From positions 231,109-251,108 of the forward strand of contig JAVKOQ020000050.1 in the NCBI GenBank assembly GCA_031835245.2: a stretch of 20,000 bases of DNA. The letters are read 5' to 3'. This stretch comes from Balamuthia mandrillaris. Its lineage: Eukaryota. The translations under genes and the position numbers were made by a program. The notes beneath the pieces are model-generated. The model worked only from the letters and a program-made list of their open reading frames with translations, was not told the origin of the DNA and ran no database searches. Positions 1-9,964 of the stretch are shown one piece after another. How positions within the stretch are numbered: position 1 is the stretch's first letter; each line of letters opens with the position of its first letter.

Positions 1-589
1 GTATGCTCTGCCAGCAGGTGCAAACCAAAAAAGGCCAATATGGCAGATACTAGCCACACCAAAAGAGAGATGGCGATCATCATGCTCAGCCGTTTGTACA
101 GACTGACCGAAGGCAAGTGTGGAGGAATCACTCGCCACAGGAACAAACATCCGATGCTCAATGTCATTCCTGTTTGTTTGGTGCTTTCAGCAAAAACAAA
201 AGCCAGAACATGCATGAAAAAGGAGGAGAAAGGAGGCAGCGGGAAGAAGGAAGGTAGAAGGAAGGAAGAATAAGCAGAGAGCGAACCAACGGGAACAGCG
301 TAAAGAGCTTCTTGGAGGTCATCCAGAGAGGATGTGCGCAAGGCAAGCCCTATGCTTGCTGGCACCACCGTTGAAGGCAAAGTACTTTTTTTAAAAAACA
401 AAAAACACTGAGGTTAACTCTATGTTTACTGGAAAGAAGAGGAAAGATCAAAGAAAAGAGGAAAGAAATAAGCACAAACCCAATGACACCTCCAACAGTG
501 CCACCAAAGCGTTCGATGGCAACAGTGACGCCAACGGCAGCCAAGCCTGCAAACACAGAGCTAAGGGCGATATTCAGCACCACTTCCAT
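1..589 (-). CDS. Multi-pass membrane protein of unknown function, spliced; runs off the window's left edge
   Basis: ATG at 589; exons approx. 589-480, 384-287 and 169-1, joined by GT-AG introns. They give MEVVLNIALSSVFAGLAAVGVTVAIERFGGTVGGVIG-TLPSTVVPASIGLAL...VPVG-MTLSIGCLFLWRVIPP...MMIAISLLVWLVSAILAFFGLHLL, with several hydrophobic helices and no stop. Confidence 0.7.
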
Positions 590-953
590 TGTATCCTTGG
601 CACTTCAAAGGAGCCACTCGCAAAGTTAGATCACCACCTGTTTTCTTTGTGCTTTTCTCTCTTTTCTACTCTGCCTCCTCCTCCTCCGGAGTGTTATAAA
701 ATGGATCGCAAGAATGCAAAAGGGTTGAGGAGCTGGGGGGTTCCGAAGAGGCAGAAGTATAAGCAAAATGAGTGGGGCCGTGGCTGGGGTTCGCCTGGTG
801 GTGGTGCTACATAAGCAAGTGCTTCTCTGGGGGACGAACTTGCTTCGCCTTAAACCCAAATGGGGCTGTTTTAAGGTGGTAATGCTTGTCGACATTAATT
901 TTTTTACAACAATAAAACAAAAAAAAGCACAGGGGGTTCGAGGAAGAGAGGAA

Positions 954-2091
954 TCAAGAGCGATAGGTCCGCACAATGCGAGTCACTTTGGTGTTGCATA
1001 TGGGGCAGACAGCGCCCGTTGGTTTCTTCTTTATGGCATTGGCACATTTTTGACACAACACGTTGTGACCGCACCATAGTAAAACCTTTTTGGATATTCA
1101 TCAAAAAATGAGAAACAACAAAACAACGTCGTCAGAATGGAAACAGAACAGGGAGAACAGAAAGAAGATTGCGAAGGAAGGTGTACAGTATCAATGCGTT
1201 CATCCATGCAAATCCTACAGAAGCTATCCTCCTCAAGGTAAGATATTTTGCTATCTCTCATCTGGATGTGTCGTTCCTTTTCCAACAACGCAGCCTCCAA
1301 ACTTTGTATCCGCTGTTGGAGAGCTGAAACAAGATTTCCGCCAGCCTCCACCTCCCCTTTTTGAACAAGAAGAGATGGTGTTGAGGTGGAAGTGGTAGAA
1401 ATGGTGGTAGTTGTTGTTTGAAGAATAGTGGTGGTTTTGGTCTTACTTTCTTTGAGTTGTTGGGATTGTTTTGCTTTGACTGGTTCGAGAGAGAACAAAT
1501 CAAAGTTGTCCCAATCTTCAAAGTCATCTTCTTCCTCGTCAAACGGTTTCTTCATCGCTGTTGTTTGTTCTTTGCTTTCACTTTCGTCCTCATCATCTTC
1601 TGTCATGAAAATAGAAAACGGGTTCAGGTTTAACGATTCATCGTAATCATCATCACAGCTCTGTTCATTGCCAGGTTTGGTGTTGCTTTTGTTGTTGTTG
1701 TCCTTCTTTTGCACTTCCTCCTCATCATCGCCAAAAAGACTGGCAACACTTACGTCTTCATCTTCCTCGTCAACAGAACCAAAGAAAATTGGTCTGCGAG
1801 TCACGACTGGGGATCGAGAAGCAGCAGTAGATGAAGACGACAAGGAAGGACGAGAAGAAGATGATAAGGAAGACGAGGAACTGGACGAGGATGGAAGCAT
1901 GAAAGCAGCAAAAGGGTCCTCTTCGCTGTCAGCATCATCCTCCAACTCGGCAGCTGCCCCAGCAATTGGGTGTTCACCGGTTAGAGCTTCCAACAAAACC
2001 GTTATCAGTTCTGGCTCTGCATTTCTTAGTGCATATTCCAACGCGTTGTTTCCTGTTTCAGGACGCAAGAATAACCGAAATAAGGACAAGC

Positions 2092-2137
<46 letters not shown>

Positions 2138-3402
2138 ATAAAAGGTCGAAGAAGAAGAGACGTTCACGAAGAAGAAGAAGAAGAAGAAGAAGAAGAAGAA
2201 GAAGAAGAAGAAGAAGAAGAAGAAGAAGAAGAAGAAGAAGAAGAAGAAGAAGAAGAAGAAGAAGAAGAAGAAGAAGAAGAAGAAGAAGAAGAAGAAGAAG
2301 AACAAGAAGAAGAAGAAGAACAAGAAGAAGAAGAAGAAGAACAACAACAAAAGATGTAATATTAGAAAGAAGAAGAAGAAGAAGAAGAAGAAGAAGAAGA
2401 AGAAGAACAAGAACAAGAACAAGAACAAGAACAAGAACAAGAACAAGAACAAGAACAAGAAGAAGAACAAGAAGAAGAACAACAACAAGAACAAGAACAA
2501 GAACAAGAACAAGAAGGCCAAGAAGCGCAAGAAGAAATAGCAGCAATAGATAAACAAGAGAAAGACGAATAAACCATCGTTGTCTGTGATTTGGGCATCG
2601 GCGCCATGTCTCAAAAGCAGTTTTGCAATCTCGGTATGCCGAGAGAGGGTAGCCAAGTGAAGTGGTGTTTGACCAGCAGCTGTGCTCTTCAGGTTTACAT
2701 CCATTCGCTTCTGCAGCAAGTAACGCACGACCTCGGTGTGCCCATTCGTGCTCGCTGATTATCACATAAAACACATAAAGTGTCAGACAACAGAAAAGAA
2801 AAGACAATCAAAGTGTTGAGAACAAGTATGAAGCATAGGAAAGGTGTACCTAAATGCAAAGCAGAATATCCAAACTCATCTCTTTGCGTGAGGCAAGCGC
2901 GTAGACCCTGCCGAGATACAACAGCTTTAACTCTAGAGAGGTTGCCATTACGAACGGCGTTAAATAGGTCTGGTGATGAGGTTGTCGTTGCCGCCGTAGC
3001 AGTAGTTGTTGTTGTTGTTGTTGCAGTTGACCTGTAGGGAGAAGTGGAGGCGGAGGAGGTGGAGGAGGAGGAGGAAGAAGAAGAAGAAGAAGTGTTTGAA
3101 GAAGAATACGCAGAGCTGTAATAGGAGGACCAAGAAGGATAGGATTGAGGAGGAATGGCAGCTGCCACCCGAGTGTTCGTGAAATCCCTGCCTTGAGCTT
3201 GCTTCCTGTATACATAGTGAGGAGTACGTGTCACTGCAAAGCCAAGAAGAAGAGAGTGGAAGGAGAGAACTAGATAGCTAACGGAAAGAAGAAGAAGAAA
3301 GAAAAAAAGAACAGGAGGGAAGAAAGGACGAGATGAGAGAAACATGGAGAGAGAAACGTACTCGGCAAGTATTCTGGCCACTGCTTCTACGCGCTGGTCC
3401 AT
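954..3402 (-). CDS. Ankyrin-repeat + coiled-coil + C-terminal C3HC4 RING protein (probable E3 ubiquitin ligase), 5 exons
   Basis: Exons 3402-3362, 3205-2850, 2754-2575, 2052-1187 and 1085-954, all GT-AG. Ankyrin repeats: LFNAVRNGNLSRVKAVV, GYSALHLASTNGHTEVVRYLL, GQTPLHLATLSRHTEIAKLLLRHGAD, GNNALEYA. Spliced RING: CRICMDERIDT|VLLWCGHNVLCQKCANAIKKKPTGAVCPICNTKVTRIVRTYRS*. Confidence 0.9.
2095..2516. repeat. Compound intronic microsatellite: (GA)n, then long (GAA)n grading into (GAACAA)n
   Basis: Seen directly; lies inside the intron 2053-2574 of the ankyrin-RING gene and generates spurious low-complexity ORFs. Confidence 0.97.
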
Positions 3403-3472
3403 GGTTTTGTAGCTAGGGTTGGCGGAAGCGGTTTGCGTGAGAAAAACAAAGAAGACCGGTTATAAGACGACG

Positions 3473-3480
3473 TTATATAA
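3473..3480 (-). promoter_or_regulatory. Candidate TATA box for the ankyrin-RING gene
   Basis: Palindromic TTATATAA about 70 bp upstream of the ATG at 3402. Confidence 0.4.
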
Positions 3481-3996
3481 GGTGAAGCTTACGAGGCGTA
3501 AAGAGCACCGTTTGCACGAATGGCAGACAGTTTAGTGACCAGGTCGGAGTCGCCCAACCAGGAGGAGGTTTCTGTCCTCTCCGCAAGAGCCGAAAACACG
3601 TTTCCTTTGAACAGCTGTTCAATTTCTCTTGTGCTCAGGCTACTTAGCGCATCTCGGCTCATGTTGCTCTAACCTCACCTAAGCGACAACAACAACAAAA
3701 ACCAAAGCGTTCCTTGTCGCAAAGCAAACGATGGAAAAGAAGAAGAAGAAGAAGAAGAAGCTTTGGGGACAAAAGTGGCCGTAGCGTTTCCGTTTATTTT
3801 CTTGGAGCGGTATTCGTTTTTCTTCGCAGAAAATTGTGCAGGAGAAGAGATAGGATAAGAGAGATGACGAGAGAGATGGTAAGATTATTTATAAATCTCA
3901 TCCTGGGATTTTCGGAGAGAGACACGAGAAGGCAGGCAGAAGCGAAAGTACAAGGGTCGGAAGGAGCAAGTACCAAACGAAAAAGAGCAGGTCACC

Positions 3997-6900
3997 CTAC
4001 AATCCTTCAAAATCTTCAGCATCGCTGCTCAATTCCAAAACGGCTTCTTGTTTCTCCTTCTCCTTCGCCTTATCTTTGTCTTTTTCTGCTTTGTTACCTC
4101 CTCTTGTACTCCTTTTTCTGGTCTTGTTGCTTTTGTGTTGGTTTCCCTCTTCATCGTCCTCTTCTTCTTTGTCCTCTTTTCTCTTTCTCTTGTTGCGTGT
4201 TTTCTTTGTTCGTGCATCCTCTTTTGGCATTTGCACATAAACCGGTGGTCGTGTCTCCGCCGAGAGCATTTGCTTTGCCATCGGCCCAATCTGCATCATC
4301 AATAATTTATCCACAAAATGAAGGAAAAAAGCGAATAGAAGAACCTAAAGACACATACTCTAACTTTAGTGGTAATGCTACCATAGGGACCGGTGAAAAA
4401 TGCATCCTCTGCTAAAATCTGCATCAGCAACATCTGTCGGATGAGTCGCTCTGCTACTTCTTTTTTAAGGGATTTGCCCGAGCCGTGGCCTTGCACTTTT
4501 TCGTGATGAAGCTCTCTCAACGCTTTGCTCTTGGAGCCTCTAAACACTTCTATTACATGACTCAAACTGCTTTGTTGTATTTGTTGGACTGAATAACGAG
4601 ACGTGAGAATTAAGCCAACAAGCAGTGAGGAAATGAAATATAAGACCTATTCGAAGTATGCTTAACGCATAGTCTGTCATGTCAACGTTCTTCCATTCTT
4701 TACCATGAATACAATTGTCGCAATGGTTGTTACAATCTTCTGTTGCAAATGTTTCTCCAAAGTACTCAAATGCGATGAAGGCACAATAACCGAAGCGTAC
4801 ACTTAGCAAAGCACATAATGAAGAGGAAGCAATCAAAAGACAAAAAGAAAGAAGAAATAAAGAGGATCAAAGCAGGGTAAAACAAACTTTGAGTGCGGAC
4901 ACCCTGCGACAGCTAATCTTGTCCTCGCAGAAAGAGACCATAGCCAGCAATTGTTCAAGGTTAGCCTTGCGCTGGACCCCTTCAGAGATTAAGGCTTGGT
5001 TCCTTCCTTTGTCGGAATAGCTGTAATACAACAAGCAATGCGCTGTTTTGCCATCTCTGCCTGCTCTTCCTGACTCCTGCCATGAACCGTAAGAACATCG
5101 TGGGGGGCAAGGTAAGATCAGTACCTGGTAATATTCTTCAATGGATTTTGGCATTGAGGTGTGAATAACGTATCGAACATCTTGCTTATCAATACCTATT
5201 TCACAGGGTGAATGATGTTAATGAAGAACGGTACTAACGCTAAGTTTTGATAATGTACAAACCAATTCCAAAAGCTACAGTGGCTACAATGATATCAATA
5301 TCGCCTCTAAGCCAAAGGGTTTGACGTTCGTTTCTATCTTTATCGAATAAACTTGCATGGTAGTACGTTGCTCGTAGTCGATGTGTTTTCTATTGACAAA
5401 AGAATATAAGCAGGTTAAGAGAGAGAGAGAGAGAAACAATGAAATAAGGATGAAAGAAGGACAGTGATGATGACTACCAACCGTCAAATGGTCGTATACT
5501 CGTTCACATTCGCTTCTAGAAAGGCAATATATGATGCCACTTTTTCTTGGATAGTTTTGCTTGATGAATGTCGCAATATCTTCCAATGCTTTTTTGTCTT
5601 TGTGCCGAACTTCATAACTAAACATTGGGAACATATATTAACGAAAGAACAATAAACAGAAGAGAACGAAGGTGAAGAATGCTGGAAATAGAAGGGATTA
5701 GAAGCAGAAACAGCATTTAAGAATTACAAACACGAGATTGGGGCGATTAAAGCTTTGCATGAAGAAAACAACTCGTCTCATATTCATTTGTGCTATGATG
5801 TCGTGGCGAACTTTCTCTGTCGCTGTTGCTGTCAGTGCAGAAAAACTATAGTAAAGGCCAAATAAAATCTGTAAAATAAAATTGCTGATGGAGAAAGGAT
5901 TGATAGACTTAAGAAAGGATATGAGCTAGTATGGGGACCTCCGAAAAGTGACGCCGCAACAATTTTAACCTCTTTGAACAAGAATAGAAATGGAATTTAA
6001 CAAGGCAAAGTAATACGGTAGTAATTGATACAAACAACTTACCAAATAATCTGGACGAAAGTCATGACCCCACTGCGAAATGCAATGCGCCTCATCGATA
6101 ACGATTCTTGCCAGACGGCCTTTCTCGTAGACTTGCTGAATAATGTCCATCAACTTCTCGCTCTGTGATACTCGTTCTGGTGTTACGTACAACAACTTGG
6201 TCTGAGATTCTTCTGAAAGAATGTCTATTAAGAGAAAAGTTTGTGTTGTGTTCGTTTGGTTAGCATACAAAATTAACATGCAACAAGAAGAGAACCTTGG
6301 TACACTTGATTTACATCTCCTTTGCTCATATCGGAGCTGAGGTGTTGTGTTTTTATCCCGAGCTTAGTAAGAGCAACGACTTGGTTGTGAATTAATGATA
6401 TCAGCGGGCTTATAACCAAGCTTATTCCTTCTTGGCACGTTGCTGGCAGCTGCAAATTCGGTCAACGGATATCCAACACAGGCCACAAAAAGCAAGAAGT
6501 AGACAAAGAAATGACAAGAAGAAGAAGAAGAAGAAGAAGAAGAAGAAGAAGAAGAAGAAGAACAAGAACAAGAAGAAGAAGAACAAGAAGAAGAACAAGA
6601 AGAACAAGAACAAGAACAAGAACAAGAACAAGAACAAGAACAAGAACAAGAACAAGAACAAGAACAAGAACAAGACAGAACCGAATCAAAAGAACAAGGA
6701 GAAAGCAAAACCTGGTAACAGAGACTTTTGCCAGCACCAGTGGGCATCAGGGCAAGGCAGTCCCTGTTGGACATAGTGACGTTGATAATCTCCCTTTGAA
6801 AGGATCGAAACTCAGCGTTGCCGAAGAGGTGATTGTTGGCCGCACGGATGGAGGCCTCCCACTCAAACTCTTGCGACCATTGGTTGCGGCTGGCAGTGGT

Positions 6901-7245
6901 AGCATCGAGGGAGAGGCCTTCGTCAGCTATCGTTTCTTCGATTAGGTTGTCAAACTGTGGCTCATTCTCCTCCTCCACCAGTAGATATTCCTCTTCATCC
7001 TCTTCTTCTCCTTGTTCTCCATCCGAAAGCACGATGAGACCAGATGACGATGAAGCAGCGCTACTCTGGAGGGTAGTGGTGGAGCTACCGGTGGAAGCTA
7101 TGTGAAGCGCTGACTCGAGCTGCTCGATCCGTTGTAACTGTTCGCCTCTGTCTTCTTTCAGCTGTATGACCTCAGCTTGCAGCAACGCGTTTTGTTCTTC
7201 AAGCTGTTTGACTTTATTTTCTAGCTTCGCTAGTCGTTCTTCCAT
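3997..7245 (-). CDS. recQ: RecQ-family DNA helicase (helicase core + RQC zinc-binding/winged helix, no HRDC seen), about 12 exons
   Basis: Spliced motifs: LMPTGAGKSLCYQ|LPA (I), VISPLISL (Ia), LLYVTPE, IVIDEAHCISQWGHDFRPDY (II + aromatic loop), ILALTATAT (III), SFNRPNL, GIIYC (IV), YHAS, VATVAFGIGIDKQDVRYVIH (V), YYQ|ESGRAGRDG (VI). RQC: CRRV...YFGE...CNNHCDNC. Stop TAG at 3997-3999. Confidence 0.95.
5835..5922 (-). other. U12-type (minor spliceosome) AT-AC intron in RecQ, 88 nt
   Basis: Minus strand: exon ...ATA CTA GCT C | ATATCCTTTC...GGCCTTTACTATAGTTTTTCTGCAC | TG ACA GCA ACA GCG ACA. Removal restores I-L-A-L-T-A-T-A-T. The 5' site ATATCCTTT is the U12 consensus, and CCTTTAC 16 nt upstream of the 3' end resembles the U12 branch site. 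Confidence 0.9.
6515..6673. repeat. Intronic microsatellite (AAG)n / (AAGAAC)n
   Basis: Seen directly inside RecQ intron 1 (6450-6711). Confidence 0.97.
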
Positions 7246-7369
7246 GTTCTTGTCTCTCTCTTTCTTTTTGTTTGTTTAAAAAATGAAAATTGAAATTCCA
7301 GGAATAATTTAGCTGGATAAATGTTTTTTTTTGTGTTGCGTTGAAAAAAAATACAAAAAATGTAGCGAA

Positions 7370-7372
<3 letters not shown>

Positions 7373-7414
<42 letters not shown>
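7373..7414. repeat. (GA)n microsatellite in the ~180-bp spacer between the MFS stop and the RecQ ATG
   Basis: Seen directly; further (GA)/(CT) tracts lie in MFS introns near 8169-8191 and 8431-8467. Confidence 0.95.
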
Positions 7415-7417
<3 letters not shown>

Positions 7418-7424
7418 TTCACAA

Positions 7425-8427
7425 TCAGAAGAGAGGACGGGCCGTTGCCCATAACGAAAACAAAACGCCTCCAACAAAGTTCAAGCAAACCGGAATGGAG
7501 ACCGCCAGCAACCAAGGATAGGTGGAGTGCGATACCAACCAACCCGTCAGGGAGACACCGATGACGCCAGGTAGGGCCGCCACCCCGTTGCTCAGCCCGT
7601 AGAGTATTCCAGCGTAGCTGGGAGCGATATCCGCGAGGCTTGCCTCGTAGCCGGATGTGGTTGCTCCCGCCAATCCCAATGCCACGCTTAAGCAGAGCAT
7701 CGCTCCCCACGCTGTTGAGCGACTGCGGGGTTGCAAGTTTAGTAGAGCAAAACAGTAAAAGGAAAAAGGATAAAAAGGCAACAAAAAAGAAAAGCATAAA
7801 ATACCTGGCCATCAACAGCATAAATAAAGCAGGCCCAAACGTGCCTATGATTTGCATTCGTTTGCGCACCCGGAGGAGCCTGTCATACCGATCTTCAGTG
7901 GCTGCGGATGCAGCTTCATTTCTTCCGCTTGTAGAAGATAAGGAAAAACTTCGTCCAGCCGCCATCTGATCAGCCAACCAACCAAACATGTTGGTGCATG
8001 CCGACATAACCAACCAAGGAAGGGTGGCATAGGCTCCCAAGTCCTTGAAATCGACGTGCAACGCTCCTGTGAAAAACGTTGGCAGCCATGACATCATCAC
8101 ATACACTATCCAATTCCTTATTGGTTAAAAAAGAATGTTACTCTCGTTTTCATCGTCGTTGATTTCTGCTCTCTCTCTCTCTCTCTCTCTCCACGTTTTG
8201 TTGTAATAGATGGAAACCTACCGGGAGAAATGGCATACAACAATACAAAGGAAGGCCTTTGTTTTGATGATGCTTCTCCAAGGGACCCGTTTCATGATGG
8301 ATATATCAGCGTTAGACTTGGCACCCGGTAGACCTTGTTTGTCCAACGACCGTTCAATGTAATTTGCTTCTGCTGCCTCTATGCTGTATACCATAACTAA
8401 GAAGTAAGAAAAAAAAGAAGAAATGGT

Positions 8428-8470
<43 letters not shown>

Positions 8471-9286
8471 ATCAATAAAAAGAGTAACCTTGGATGAGAG
8501 GACGGCGAGTCGGTGACAAAATGCTCCCAAACGGCTACCCAAAAGAAACCAGCCGCTCCACACCAATAGAACACCGTGCTCCAATGAAACTGTGTCATGA
8601 ACCTGGGAAAGAAGAAGGAGGAGATCGCAATACCTATGATGCAACCGCTGTTGCAAAGAGCCAAGATCCGACTGCGCTCCAATGGAGGGATCCAGGTCGA
8701 GAGGAGCGTGTAGGTCGCTGGAAAGAGCACCCCTTGCAATAGGCCGGTGAAAAAACGAGCCAAAAACATGAAGAAAAACCGGCTTGTGAATAAAGGGAAC
8801 AGAAGTGTGGCCAGAGACCAGCCAAGACAACCCCATGTTAGTGCCCGTTTTCCACCATGCTGTTACGGTAACGAAAGAGAAAACGAGAGACCAGAAGAAG
8901 TGGCGAGACGAGAGGTGTAAAGTAAGGCTTTGATGAGAAACAGAAAGAGAAACGACAAAGATGAAGGACAAAGGGACAAAGGGAACAATGAAGAAGAAAT
9001 GTTGAAAAAGAGCTACCTTTGAAGCAAACCAACCCCCAAAAATGTTACTAAGCAGATAGCCATAAAAGAAACCAGACATAATGAGCCCCTTCTGTCCTTC
9101 TGTCCAACCCAGCTCATTTTTCATCAAGACAGCCGCCACAGTGATGTTGATACGGTCGGCATACGCTATCACCGAGACCGTAAAGAGCAGGCCTGCCAGG
9201 ATTAACCGACGTGGTATGTACCAGCCAACCGACGAGGTATCCTTGGCACCCATGGGAACGTTCGTTCGGGCACCAGAAGTGAACAT
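7425..9286 (-). CDS. Major facilitator superfamily anion:cation symporter (SLC17/sialin/PHT4-like), 5 exons; start codon uncertain
   Basis: Exons 9286-9017, 8859-8489, 8383-8222, 8116-7805 and 7722-7425. Family-typical segments: YADRINITVA, GWTEGQKGLIMSGFFYGY, GGWFASKHGGKR, ARFFTGLLQGVLFP, WIPPLERSR, DSPSSHPSI, VPWRSII, WLPTFF, DIAPSYAGILYGLSN. Confidence 0.92.
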
Positions 9287-9964
9287 TGTGGAAGTAACTG
9301 CTGAAGATGACTGTCAGCAAGAGGACTTACTTGGTGGATGTAGCATTGGAGAGGAGTGAGAACCTTGTGACAAGCGTTCTTCCGTGTGAAGATATAAGGC
9401 AGAGAAATGAAATGCACCCAAAACCAAAAAAAAAAAAAACGAAGGCAGTTGACAATAATGCCTTTCTTTTTTTTCTTTGCTTGCTGCTCTCCTCCCCTTA
9501 TCTCTTTCTTTCTTTTTTGGCCAAGTTGTTACGGTGCTGCGATATTTCGATCAAATTTCGATTCACTTTGCATGAGGGTGCCTCTCGTAAACTACACGAG
9601 GGGTCGTTATCTCGGCCAATTATCTTTTTAGGAGATGCAAACCAGAATTCGGCGGCAATCTCGCAGAAAGGCGGAAAGAGGGAGCGAGACTCCCTGTGAA
9701 ACAGACACAGCCACTTCATCTTATCCCCCTGTCCGAAAATTAAAAAAGTAATAGAACAACGTTTCAATTCTTTTTTTAAGGAGAGGGCCACCAATCCTCG
9801 TTTTTCGCAAGTAAGAAAAGAAGAAGAATAAAGAATTAAAAGCTTCCCCTTACACTTGTTGATCTATATGAGCGGCGCAGAACTTCTTCAGCCAGCCTCT
9901 CCCGCATACTCGCTTTCCTCCCGTACAGCAGATAACGACCAGCCCAACGACAGTGTCTTCAGCA

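Noticed and set aside
1966..2807. Long poly-Arg, poly-Leu, poly-Phe and Ser/Cys ORFs
   Set aside because: Translations of the intronic GAA/GAACAA microsatellite; only the ankyrin exon 2754-2575 is coding.
3714..4415. 233-aa plus-strand ORF
   Set aside because: Antisense to the low-complexity last RecQ exon and 3' region; non-ATG start and no recognisable domain.
5835..5922. RecQ as a frameshifted pseudogene
   Set aside because: The apparent break is fully explained by the AT-AC intron; all helicase motifs are intact.
6422..6945. Poly-Lys/Asn, Arg/Thr and Phe/Leu ORFs
   Set aside because: Artefacts of the repeat in RecQ intron 1.
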